From Mucilaginibacter sp. (GTDB lineage Bacteria; Bacteroidota; Bacteroidia; Sphingobacteriales; Sphingobacteriaceae), in NCBI GenBank assembly GCA_051953515.1, contig JBQCIS010000114.1:2226-66225 (forward strand): a stretch of 64,000 bases of DNA, read 5' to 3'. The translations under genes and the position numbers were made by a program. The notes beneath the pieces are model-generated. The model was not told where the DNA came from. It saw only the letters and a list, made by a program, of their open reading frames with translations, and ran no database searches. Below, one piece after another: positions 10,260-19,808 of this stretch (position 1 is its first letter; every line of letters starts with the position of its first letter).

Positions 10260-11825
10260 TTACTTATTCCCATTTATGATGATTGTCAAACTATCTGCCA
10301 TTTCTTTAACTCTAGCAGGATATTGGTGAGCGACATTTTGCAGCTCTGATGGGTCATTTTTTAAATTATATAGTTGTGGTTCATGGCTTAAACCTGTTGG
10401 TACAGCCTTATCTTTAAGCCAGCTGGGGTGTTTACCGCTAACCGGTTTGATGTATTTCCAATCACCATCCCTTAGTGACAGGGTAAAAGCTTCTTCTACC
10501 ATTTCACGCCTGCCGTCGCGTGATTTGCCCATAAATGTTGCCAAAAGATCCTTACTATCCTGGGCTGAATTGGCGTCTATCTTCTGGCCTACAAGATCAG
10601 CAAGCGACGCGAACAGATCAACCTGGCTTATTAAGGCTTTACTGGTTCCGGCCTTGATGTGTCCTGGCCAGTAAAGAATGGTAGGAACTCTTGTACCTCC
10701 TTCGTATGCGCTATACTTGCCTCCTTTATATATCCCCGCAGGTTTATGGTTGCTGAGTTTTTCCACAGCGCCATCGCTGTAGCCGTCATTTAAAACAGGT
10801 CCATTGTCGCTGCTAAAAATAACAAGGGTATTATCTTCTAAACCTAACCTTTTTAAGGTTTTCATTACTTCGCCCGTCATCCAATCTGCCTGTACGATAT
10901 CATCACCTCTTGGCCCCATTTTAGTGGCCCCGATAAACATGGAATTGGGTGCTCTTGGAACATGTATACTGGGTAAGGCGTAGTATAAGAAAAAAGGTTG
11001 GTTTTTATATTTAGTAATAAATTCTTTTACCTTTTCATTTAATACAATCGGAAACTCTTCATCTTTCCAGTACGCTTCATTACCGCCTTCCATAAAACCA
11101 ATTCTGCTAATGCTATCTACAATGGTTCCGCTATGTTGAGTGTCTGCTTTCATTCGCAGCAGTTCCGGGTGGTTCAGGCCGGTAGGAGCGTTCCCAATCG
11201 GATTTGCATAGCTGATTTCCATGGGATCTTTTTTGCTCAGGTTCACTACATAATGCCCATCCACATAAACTGTAGGAACACGGTCGGGCGTAGCCGGAAT
11301 CAAAAAACTATAGTCAAAACCTATTTCTAAAGGTCCGGGGCGGATAGCGCCATTCCACTGTGGTTTGCCGTTGCCCAAGCCCAAATGCCACTTGCCAATA
11401 ACCCCTGTGGCATATCCCGCTTTTTTTAGCATACCTGCAATGGTTTCTTTTGCCGTATCGATTATGAGGGGCGCGTCGCCGGGTAATATTGCTGCGTGAT
11501 TTCTAAAGGCATAACTTCCGGTAAGCAATGCGAACCGCGAAGGGGTACAGGTAGATGCTGAACAATGGGCATCTGTAAACTTCAATCCATTAAATGCAAG
11601 ACTATCCACATTGGGCGTTTGTACTGCTTTAGCCCCGTAACAACTTACATCGCCATATCCCAGGTCATCTACGTAAATGATAACGATATTGGGCTTGTTT
11701 TTTAATGAAGTTTGTTTGGGCTCGGAAAGAGCCAACTTATTGGTATGACAAGAAACAGCCAATATACTTGCTATTGTTAAACTAATAAGCCTGAGGTTAC
11801 GGGTAACGTTTTTTCTTTCGCGCAT
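10260..11825 (-). CDS. S1-family (formylglycine-dependent) sulfatase lipoprotein
   Basis: Lipoprotein signal (ILAVSC). Metal-site motif NIVIIYVDDLGYGD and formylglycine motif CTPSR within CSASTCTPSRFALLTG. Confidence 0.9.
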   Translation of the reverse strand: MRERKNVTRNLRLISLTIASILAVSCHTNKLALSEPKQTSLKNKPNIVIIYVDDLGYGDVSCYGAKAVQTPNVDSLAFNGLKFTDAHCSASTCTPSRFALLTGSYAFRNHAAILPGDAPLIIDTAKETIAGMLKKAGYATGVIGKWHLGLGNGKPQWNGAIRPGPLEIGFDYSFLIPATPDRVPTVYVDGHYVVNLSKKDPMEISYANPIGNAPTGLNHPELLRMKADTQHSGTIVDSISRIGFMEGGNEAYWKDEEFPIVLNEKVKEFITKYKNQPFFLYYALPSIHVPRAPNSMFIGATKMGPRGDDIVQADWMTGEVMKTLKRLGLEDNTLVIFSSDNGPVLNDGYSDGAVEKLSNHKPAGIYKGGKYSAYEGGTRVPTILYWPGHIKAGTSKALISQVDLFASLADLVGQKIDANSAQDSKDLLATFMGKSRDGRREMVEEAFTLSLRDGDWKYIKPVSGKHPSWLKDKAVPTGLSHEPQLYNLKNDPSELQNVAHQYPARVKEMADSLTIIINGNK

Positions 11826-11936
11826 ATTATTATGCTTTTGTAAACTTTTAAATGTATTGCCTGCCTTTAATAAATGAGCCTTTTTTTATTTGCAATATAA
11901 AGCTTTGGAGTAAGGCCCCACAGTATTATACCTGAT

Positions 11937-13172
11937 CTATTCAGGATTAAGTACAGTGTCATCAGACACAATGTTAGCCTGAAATGCTTTTCCGGACGTT
12001 AAACTAATCCAATATTTTCCCACGTTTGTAAGGCTGTTGTCGGCGTTAACCCCTGGCACTGTAGCCGGGAAGAAGTATGCATATCTTTCTATCCAGGGTG
12101 TTGAATTCATCCAATCGGTAGATAGTTTCATAAAATATTCGTGAACGGTTGCCGAGTGCCTGTTAGGGTTGGCGTTATACTCGGTAATCCAAATTGCCTG
12201 AGCCGGATAGGTGTCATGCACTTTTTGCACATAATTTTTAAACCGTGTAAAAATAAATTGGGCGGTCAAAGAATCAGATGCCTTATTATTGGTCTGGTTA
12301 CCCCAATCGTACCAATGAAGCGGGATAAAATCTATCCTTGCCTTTTGCTCGGCTGCCTTGGCCATAAAGCGTGATAGCCAACTTCCGGCAGCAAATACCT
12401 GGCCTTGCGTGGTGGCCGGAGCCCCTGAACGCAATCCCGATTTTTGCATTATTTTATAGCGTGCAACTGCTGTGTCGATATTTGGAATGTTGGATTGGGT
12501 AGCGTTATCAGGCTCATTAAACGATAATAAATGGTCTACATCATTACGATCTACCAAATATTTTACATTTGCATCGGTAGCGGCGCCTTTACCAAAGGTC
12601 ATGGGTACAAATTGTTGATTTTGGAGTGATGACCTGTTAAGGCTCCAGCCGTAAAACCATTGTGTTTTGAAAGCCTGAACCGCGGCATCACTTAATGAAG
12701 CCGTTCCTTGCTTGTCCGGATTGTTAACCGGCATATACCTGATATAAGATACCTTATTGCGTAATCTTTCGGGTAAATTAGCGTTAATCGCTCCGGTAAT
12801 AGCTACGTAACAAACAGATTCTCCGGTTCCGTCGCTGTTTTCTGCGAACACCGCCATGTAGCCTTTTGGTAAACGGAAGGATACGATCTGGTCTTCATAG
12901 CCTGACGGCAAATGAGTAAACGCGTTGTCTTTTAAATTGTACGAAGTATATACCGAATCCGGGTAGAGCTGCACCTTAGGCATGCCTATGTCTTCCACCT
13001 TTGATATAGTAAGCATTTGACCGGGAGGGAGATTCGAATTCGAATTTCCTTTTGACATCAGATTATCCTGTTTCAAGTTTAAATTGAGGTTAGGATTACC
13101 ATCAGTTAGTGTTTTGTTACAAGCGGTGAGTGATAATGGTAAAATTACCATTGCTATTTTCAAATAATTCAT
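11937..13172 (-). CDS. GH128-like 'glycosyl hydrolase catalytic core' (Glyco_hydro_cc type) lipoprotein with an extra N-terminal domain
   Basis: Lipoprotein signal (LSLTAC). The C-terminal ~240 aa carry LLSFNEPDN and IWITEYNA (NEP / TE-aromatic catalytic pair), paralogous to 21370..22266 and 22621..23475. A ~130-aa N-terminal domain is absent from those paralogs. Confidence 0.6.
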   Translation of the reverse strand: MNYLKIAMVILPLSLTACNKTLTDGNPNLNLNLKQDNLMSKGNSNSNLPPGQMLTISKVEDIGMPKVQLYPDSVYTSYNLKDNAFTHLPSGYEDQIVSFRLPKGYMAVFAENSDGTGESVCYVAITGAINANLPERLRNKVSYIRYMPVNNPDKQGTASLSDAAVQAFKTQWFYGWSLNRSSLQNQQFVPMTFGKGAATDANVKYLVDRNDVDHLLSFNEPDNATQSNIPNIDTAVARYKIMQKSGLRSGAPATTQGQVFAAGSWLSRFMAKAAEQKARIDFIPLHWYDWGNQTNNKASDSLTAQFIFTRFKNYVQKVHDTYPAQAIWITEYNANPNRHSATVHEYFMKLSTDWMNSTPWIERYAYFFPATVPGVNADNSLTNVGKYWISLTSGKAFQANIVSDDTVLNPE

Positions 13173-13603
13173 GTTTTTAAATATGGTTATAAGTGAAAAA
13201 ATCTTCTCAATTATCCGGGTATTTTTAAAAAATGCCCGAGGGCTGCCTATTCAAAAAAGAGGTGTTGCCAATTCAATCCGCTGCTAAATTATGGTGGTAA
13301 ACTCGGGCGACTTCTTTCCCGGTGAGTGATAAGGTGATATTAATGATAAAATCCGTTTTACGGCAGTACAGGATGTGATACGGATTGATGTTAAGAAAAA
13401 TGAAGATCAGCTATCAAAAAACGCTGTGAAGAATATTTGATCGTTAAACGCCCCTAAACTGAATAGATATACCCCTATCATATTTTGTCCTTTAACGAAT
13501 TTTGTGTTATTCGTTCAGAGTCGCTCATCGTTTCGTCAGCTTCCTTATCAGTAATTGCCCAAAAAATATTGAATCGTTTTAAACTAAAATCAACAAAATA
13601 GTT

Positions 13604-15181
13604 ATGAAGAGTTCTTTTAAGCTTATACCATTTTTTATAATGGTATTGCTCTTAAAATATTTTAATGTTCAGGCACAGCAGGATGTAAAGCCGGAAAATC
13701 GGCCCAATATAATTGTTTTCCTGGTGGATGATATGGGCTGGCAAGATACTTCAGTACCCTTTTATAAAGACAGTACAGTATTGAATAAAAAGTACCATAC
13801 ACCCAATATGGCCCGCCTTGCCCAAATGGGGGTTAAATTTACACAAGCCTATGCCAATTGTGTATGTACTCCTTCAAGGGTTAGCTTACAAACCGGAATG
13901 AACGCTGCCCGCCACCGGGTTACCAATTGGACCGCATTTTATGAAAATCAACCGACTGATGAACCTTATCCGGGTTTAAAGATACCGGCCTGGAACTATA
14001 ACGGGTTAAGCCCCGTACCTGATACCCCACACACGGTTTACGCTACGCCAATTGCCGAAATTTTACGGCAAAACGGATATTATACCATTCATGTAGGTAA
14101 ATCACATTTGGCTGCTTATCCAACATTGGGCGCAGATCCGCGGAACCTTGGTTATGATTTAAATATTGCCGGATCAGCTGTGGGTGGTCCTAAAAGTTAC
14201 TTAGGAACAGAAAATTTTGGTAATAATGTTCGTGGTGGATATACACCGGCTTCTATCCCGGGCCTGGAGATGTATCATGGCAAAGATATTTTTCTATCCG
14301 AAGCGCTGACACTGGAGGCTCTAAAAGCATTAGATAATGCCCGTTATTTAAAAGTTCCTTTTTACTTATATATGGCGCATTATGCCGTTCACGCTCAATA
14401 TAAGCCTGATAACCGCTTTTACCAATATTATATTAACAAAGGCTTTAGTAAGCAGGAAGCCGAATATGCTGCCTTATTAGAAGGGATGGATAAAAGCCTG
14501 GGTGATTTAATGGACTATCTTAAGAGGTATGATATGATGAAAAACACCATTATAATGTTTATGTCTGACAATGGCGGCTTAACGTTGGTGCCACCCCGGG
14601 GAGGAAAGCCATTTACCCACAATTTGCCTTTAAAGGCGGGTAAAGGATCAGCTTATGAAGGAGGTGTTAGAGAGCCTATGATAGTTTATTGGCCCGGTGT
14701 TACCACGCCTAATACTACAAACGACCAATACCTTATGATTGAAGATTATTTTCCTACAATTCTTCAAATGGCCGGAATTAAAAACTACAAAACCGTTCAG
14801 AATATTGACGGGAGAAGTTTTGTTCCATATCTGAAAGATAATTCAAAAAGAGATTCCACGAGGGTACTGGTATGGCACTTTCCCAACAATTGGCAGGAAG
14901 GCGCCCAAAGTGCAAAAAAGTATAAAATAATAGCAGAAAAAGAAGGAATGGGGCCTTACAGTGCCATTAGAAAGGGCGACTGGAAGTTAATTTACTTTTA
15001 CGGGCCACGCCGAACCGAACTCTATAACCTGAAAAATGATATTGGAGAGCATTATAACCTGGCCAGGCAATATCCACATAAGGCTGCTGCCTTAGCGCAA
15101 CAATTAACAGAAATACTGAAAAGTGAAAAGGCCCAATTTCCGGTTGATCAAGCTTCGGGGAAAACGCTTTATCCTTATTAA
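13604..15181 (+). CDS. S1-family (formylglycine-dependent) sulfatase, secreted
   Basis: Signal peptide. NIIVFLVDDMGWQD and CTPSR within CVCTPSRVSLQTG. The C-terminal sulfatase motif GKGSAYEGGVREP is present. Confidence 0.9.
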   Translation: MKSSFKLIPFFIMVLLLKYFNVQAQQDVKPENRPNIIVFLVDDMGWQDTSVPFYKDSTVLNKKYHTPNMARLAQMGVKFTQAYANCVCTPSRVSLQTGMNAARHRVTNWTAFYENQPTDEPYPGLKIPAWNYNGLSPVPDTPHTVYATPIAEILRQNGYYTIHVGKSHLAAYPTLGADPRNLGYDLNIAGSAVGGPKSYLGTENFGNNVRGGYTPASIPGLEMYHGKDIFLSEALTLEALKALDNARYLKVPFYLYMAHYAVHAQYKPDNRFYQYYINKGFSKQEAEYAALLEGMDKSLGDLMDYLKRYDMMKNTIIMFMSDNGGLTLVPPRGGKPFTHNLPLKAGKGSAYEGGVREPMIVYWPGVTTPNTTNDQYLMIEDYFPTILQMAGIKNYKTVQNIDGRSFVPYLKDNSKRDSTRVLVWHFPNNWQEGAQSAKKYKIIAEKEGMGPYSAIRKGDWKLIYFYGPRRTELYNLKNDIGEHYNLARQYPHKAAALAQQLTEILKSEKAQFPVDQASGKTLYPY

Positions 15182-15230
15182 TAACTTAAATTGAAATTGT
15201 ACGAGAACTGAACACATCAAAAAGTATGGT

Positions 15231-16178
15231 ATGAAAATTAACCGTTTTTTTATAATTGCAATATTGGGTTTTACAAGTTTGCGAGTGTTTGCACAAAAAG
15301 AAATGCCGCTTTATGATGGCCTTATCCCCAATTCTAAACCAGATACTACTTCAGAAAAAATAGGGCGGTGGGGAACTGATAATTACTATTTAATAAATGT
15401 AACAAAACCAACCTTAACAATTTATCTGCCTGAAGCTGATGAGGCTACCGGCACCGCAGTAGTAATTTGTCCCGGCGGCGGATATTCAGTAATTGCGATC
15501 GAGAACGAGGGGTATCAAATTGCAAAAGCTTTCCAAAAAATGGGTATAGCTGCTTTTGTTTTAAAATATCGCTTGCCTTCTGATAAAACTATGGACGATA
15601 AAAGCATCGGCCCTTTACAGGATGCCGAAAGGGCTATTCAGATTGTGAAAAGCAATGCAAAAAATTGGAATATAGACACCGCGAAGGTCGGGATAGCAGG
15701 TTTTTCTGCCGGTGGGCATTTGGCTGCATCGCTGGGTACTCATTTTCGGCATAATTATATTGCTAACAAGCAGGTTATCAGCTTTAAACCTGCTTTTATG
15801 ATATTGGGGTATCCTGTAATTAGCTTTACAGATACCCTGGCCCACAAAGGCTCCAGGGATAATTTGATCGGTAAAAATCCTTCTGAAAAAATGATCCGGG
15901 AATATTCTAACGAAATGCAGGTAACCCATGAAACACCGCCGGCATTCATTTTTCAAGCAGAGGATGACCATATGGTAAAAGTGGAAAACAGTATTACCTT
16001 TTTTCAGGCTTTGCATCGGAACGGCGTAAACGCCGAACTTATTATTTATCCCCGGGGCGACCATGGTTTTGGATTAAATAATCCCACAATCACTTCAAAG
16101 TGGATGGATGAATGCCAGAAATGGTTGTTGAGCAACGGTTGGGTTACAAAGTGCGAACCGAAAAAATGCAAAAACTAA
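15231..16178 (+). CDS. Secreted alpha/beta-hydrolase (acetyl-esterase/lipase-like carbohydrate esterase)
   Basis: Signal peptide. VVICPGGGY, G-x-S-x-G nucleophile elbow GFSAGGHLA, and late acid/His candidates (EDDHMV, GDHGF). Confidence 0.75.
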   Translation: MKINRFFIIAILGFTSLRVFAQKEMPLYDGLIPNSKPDTTSEKIGRWGTDNYYLINVTKPTLTIYLPEADEATGTAVVICPGGGYSVIAIENEGYQIAKAFQKMGIAAFVLKYRLPSDKTMDDKSIGPLQDAERAIQIVKSNAKNWNIDTAKVGIAGFSAGGHLAASLGTHFRHNYIANKQVISFKPAFMILGYPVISFTDTLAHKGSRDNLIGKNPSEKMIREYSNEMQVTHETPPAFIFQAEDDHMVKVENSITFFQALHRNGVNAELIIYPRGDHGFGLNNPTITSKWMDECQKWLLSNGWVTKCEPKKCKN

Positions 16179-16475
16179 CACTTCTACTTCGAAATAGCAA
16201 CCTGCTTCTGTCAAGCCTTTAGCTTTGGTTAATGCTTATTTTTTTTCAGGTATAAGGGTTGGTTTATACCCACGGTACTTCTCTCGCAATAGCCACATCC
16301 ATACAATAGTTGTCAACTTAAAAACAGACTTTTGTAAACGGCACAACTATCGCTCAGGCAAGCAATTTTTATTCATAACCAAGACGGCGCCAACAAGAAA
16401 TTTATGAAGTCTCTTCTCTTCATTAAGATATTTAATAGTGCTGATTTAGTCGTTTTTTATAATAAAATGGCATAA

Positions 16476-16508
16476 TTTGAATAGCTATTACCCTTTTTTT
16501 GAATAGCT
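16476..16508 (+). promoter_or_regulatory. 11-bp direct repeat TTTGAATAGCT x2, 22 bp apart (candidate AraC-type/HTCS binding site)
   Basis: Copies at 16476-16486 and 16498-16508, 115-145 nt upstream of the SusC ATG at 16623. The function is inferred only. Confidence 0.3.
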
Positions 16509-16622
16509 GGCATCCCATGTAAATATATTTTAAGCGTTTAATTTGACTTACCAATTATTCAACGCAATAACCATTGCTGACCATTTTATTTAACAAGATT
16601 TTTAACATTTGAAAAACCACTT

Positions 16623-19600
16623 ATGACTCAAAAATTTTACTTAAAAATTTCTTTAAAACCGTTTAAACCGATTTCCTTTTTTGGATTAGCTTTAATACTG
16701 TTTTTTAGCTTAATTTTCTCGGCAAAAAGTGCAGAGGCATTGAACTTTCAGCAACCTTCTTTTAAAGTTGAAGGTAAAGTGATTTCTGCAAATGATGGTA
16801 CGCCTTTGCAAGGGGTTTCCGTCACAGTTATCGAAAGCCCCTCCATTGGGGTAGCCACAGACGCAAATGGCAATTATCAACTTAACCTTCCATTAAAGAA
16901 ATGCTCTTTAAAGTTCACTCTTTTGGGATTTAAATCGAAAGAGGTTTTAGTTAATGGAAAATCAGTAATTAATGTATCACTTGAAGCGGATGCCACATCG
17001 CTTGACCAGGTAGTCATCGTTGGATATGGCCAACAGAAAAAAATTGATCAGACGGGCGCCTCTCAAACGGTTAGGTTTAATGGCCCTGTAAATCAGCCTG
17101 TCACCAATACCGCTCAACTGATGTATGGTAAATTTTCCGGTGTCCAACTAACGCAGGCCAGCGGCCTTCCTGGTGCCGACGCGTCTTCGGTGTTTATCAG
17201 AGGCGTTGGTACTTTTGGCTCAACCACCCCATTAATAGTTATAGATAATATTCAATACACCGGTATGGCCGAGTTCAATAATCTTGCACCATCAGATATT
17301 GAATCGATTTCGGTATTAAAGGGTTCGTCGGCAAGTGCTATTTACGGTGCAAGGGGTGCTAACGGGGTTATCGTTATAATAACCAAAAAAGGCAAAAGCG
17401 GCGCGATGTCAGTTTCATACGACGGTTATGTAGGAAATCAGCAGGTTACGGTGGTGCCTCAATACCTTAATGCCTTAAACTATGCCCTGTTAAAGAATGA
17501 GCATGATATAAATTTAAATGGACCAACCGCGCCTATAAGGTATTCTGATGCAGATATTAAAGCAATAATGGACGGATCAGAACCTGATATGTACGCCAAT
17601 ACAAATTGGGCTAAAGTGCTGCTCAGAACGGCACCCATCCAAAATCATTACTTATCATTTTCAGGAGGTAATGACAAAACTACCTACAGAATTTCAGTTG
17701 GATATTTAAATCAGGATGCAGTTGTTAAAGGAAAATTTAAATCCGAGCGGTATAACTTTGGATTAAATCTTAACTCAAAAATCAATAATTGGTTAACAGT
17801 TAATAATGTAACTAACGCATTTTGGAAACGTTTTGTAGGACCATCTGGCGGCCCCAACGCTATTACCGGCGAAACCGGAATCATCAATCAATTTGAACGA
17901 TCTGCTCCTACAGTCCCTGCTTATTATTCAAACGGCAGTTTTGGAATTGTGGATGGCTCATACCAAAATGTAAACTATAGTTTTCCTATAACAAATGGCC
18001 TGCAAACAGGCGTTTTAGGAGATTATAGCGACAACAACATAGACATTTCTGAACGTTTAGGTGCAACCATAAAGTTGTTTAAAGATTTTTCTTTTGAAAC
18101 CAGCGGAAGCGTGAATTTAGTTAATGATAATACATCAAATTTTTCTCCTACTCTTACAACTTATGATTACAACGGCACCTTAGTAGGGCAAAATCTTACA
18201 AATACATTAACCCAGGGTAGTAGTTTTAATTACAACCTGTTAAATGAAAATATTTTAAGGTTTGACAAGACCTTTCACGAAAAACATAAACTTTCGGTAC
18301 TGTTAGGTCAATCAGCCAGTTATAACAGAGTCAGCACTTTCACCGGGTCACTCCAGGGGTTCCCTTCAGATTCATACGAACAGTTTGATGCCGGCGGTGT
18401 TCTAAACCCGCGTGTAACCGGTAATGCCGCGGAAGAGGCTATCCAGTCTTTCTTCTCAAGGGTTAATTATTCATATGAAGAAAAGTATTTATTAGAATTG
18501 AATATACGTCGGGACGGCTCTTCAAAGTTTGGCCCTACCCATCATTATGGTAATTTCCCTTCAGCGTCTGCAGGGTGGGTTTTGAGTAAGGAAGATTTTC
18601 TGAAAAATACCTTATGGTTATCAGAGCTAAAATTAAGGGGCGAATGGGGTGTAAGCGGTAATGATAATATCGGGAACTATATTTATGAACAATCTTACAA
18701 TTCAAATTTAAACTACGTACTGGGCGGGGCAACAGAAACTACTGTTGGCGCCGTTGCTTTAACCGCGCTGAGTAACCCGAATATTACCTGGGAAACCGTA
18801 AAACAATATGACCTGGGTTTAGACGCGACTTTTTTTAATAACAGGCTTTCTTTTACAGCAGATTATTTTAAGAAAAACAGTTCGGGTGTATTGTATGATA
18901 ACTACCCTATTCCGAGTAGTATTGGTGTAACGAGTTTGGCAGCCGAAAATTCTGCATCAATTAGTAATGGCGGTTTAGAAGTTAGTATTAATTATGTCGG
19001 AAAAATTGGGAGTTTTAATTATAATTTGGGCGGTAGTGTCAGCAAATATGCCCGAAATAATGTTACCTCGCTGGGTAATAATGGTGTGCCAACTATTAAC
19101 GGAGCCACCATTGTAGAGGTGGGGGCACCATTTATGGCCTACTACGGGTATAAAGTAAAAGGAATATTTCAATCTCAGGCAGACGTAAATGGCGCACCGC
19201 AACAATTTGGTAGTGCTAAAACCGGCCCGGGCGATTTTCAATACGTTGATATATCTGGTCCAAATGGTGTTCCTGACGGTAAAATTGACGCTTATGACAG
19301 AACCGTTATTGGAAATCCTTACCCAAGCTGGGTTTATAATTTCAACGCCAATTTAAGCTATCGTGAAGTTGATTTCAGCGTGGTATTTGATGGTTTAGGC
19401 GGTATAGACAGGCTTTTAAACAGTAACGGCGAAGAGCCATTCCCTGACGATAGAAATAATGCATTGTCTTATTGGATAAATAGGTGGACACCAAGTAATC
19501 CTTCTACTACCTTGCCGCGTTTAGGGGGGCAAAACAATACTGTAGTTTCTGATTTTTATGTTCAAAACGCCTCTTATCTGAGGATGAAAAATATAGAAAT

Positions 19601-19793
19601 AGGGTACACCTTGCCACCTTTATTAACGCAGAGGTTCGGCATTAATCATTTAAGAATTTATGTAAGCGGACAAAATCTACTAACATTTACCAAGATGAAA
19701 AATTTTGATCCTGAACGAGCTGTTGGAAACGCTTCCGATCAAAATGTTCCGCTTTATAAAATATATACCCTGGGTTTAAATGTTAAATTCTAA
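16623..19793 (+). CDS. SusC/RagA-family TonB-dependent outer-membrane transporter
   Basis: CarboxypepD_reg-like start (VEGKVISANDGTPLQGVSV). Plug motifs LDQVVIVGYGQQKK and SVLKGSSASAIYGARGANGVIVIITKKG. Terminal beta-strand LGLNVKF. Confidence 0.95.
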   Translation: MTQKFYLKISLKPFKPISFFGLALILFFSLIFSAKSAEALNFQQPSFKVEGKVISANDGTPLQGVSVTVIESPSIGVATDANGNYQLNLPLKKCSLKFTLLGFKSKEVLVNGKSVINVSLEADATSLDQVVIVGYGQQKKIDQTGASQTVRFNGPVNQPVTNTAQLMYGKFSGVQLTQASGLPGADASSVFIRGVGTFGSTTPLIVIDNIQYTGMAEFNNLAPSDIESISVLKGSSASAIYGARGANGVIVIITKKGKSGAMSVSYDGYVGNQQVTVVPQYLNALNYALLKNEHDINLNGPTAPIRYSDADIKAIMDGSEPDMYANTNWAKVLLRTAPIQNHYLSFSGGNDKTTYRISVGYLNQDAVVKGKFKSERYNFGLNLNSKINNWLTVNNVTNAFWKRFVGPSGGPNAITGETGIINQFERSAPTVPAYYSNGSFGIVDGSYQNVNYSFPITNGLQTGVLGDYSDNNIDISERLGATIKLFKDFSFETSGSVNLVNDNTSNFSPTLTTYDYNGTLVGQNLTNTLTQGSSFNYNLLNENILRFDKTFHEKHKLSVLLGQSASYNRVSTFTGSLQGFPSDSYEQFDAGGVLNPRVTGNAAEEAIQSFFSRVNYSYEEKYLLELNIRRDGSSKFGPTHHYGNFPSASAGWVLSKEDFLKNTLWLSELKLRGEWGVSGNDNIGNYIYEQSYNSNLNYVLGGATETTVGAVALTALSNPNITWETVKQYDLGLDATFFNNRLSFTADYFKKNSSGVLYDNYPIPSSIGVTSLAAENSASISNGGLEVSINYVGKIGSFNYNLGGSVSKYARNNVTSLGNNGVPTINGATIVEVGAPFMAYYGYKVKGIFQSQADVNGAPQQFGSAKTGPGDFQYVDISGPNGVPDGKIDAYDRTVIGNPYPSWVYNFNANLSYREVDFSVVFDGLGGIDRLLNSNGEEPFPDDRNNALSYWINRWTPSNPSTTLPRLGGQNNTVVSDFYVQNASYLRMKNIEIGYTLPPLLTQRFGINHLRIYVSGQNLLTFTKMKNFDPERAVGNASDQNVPLYKIYTLGLNVKF

Positions 19794-19808
19794 TCAAAAA
19801 GACAGACG

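Noticed and set aside
13571-13586. AATCGTTTTA 10-mer upstream of the sulfatase at 13604, shared with the core of the 36781-36806 palindrome
   Set aside because: The surrounding sequence at 13571 is not palindromic, so there is no evidence that it is a LacI-type operator. It is probably an AT-rich coincidence.
15615-16064. 149-aa antisense ORF (and the 64-aa ORF at 15755..15949) inside the esterase gene
   Set aside because: It lies entirely within a well-supported CDS on the opposite strand. It has no recognisable motifs and a low-complexity, Cys/Phe-rich translation typical of antisense frames.
16225-16407. 60-aa ORF upstream of SusC-2
   Set aside because: It has a non-ATG start and no motifs, and it lies in the promoter/leader region. 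It is probably spurious.
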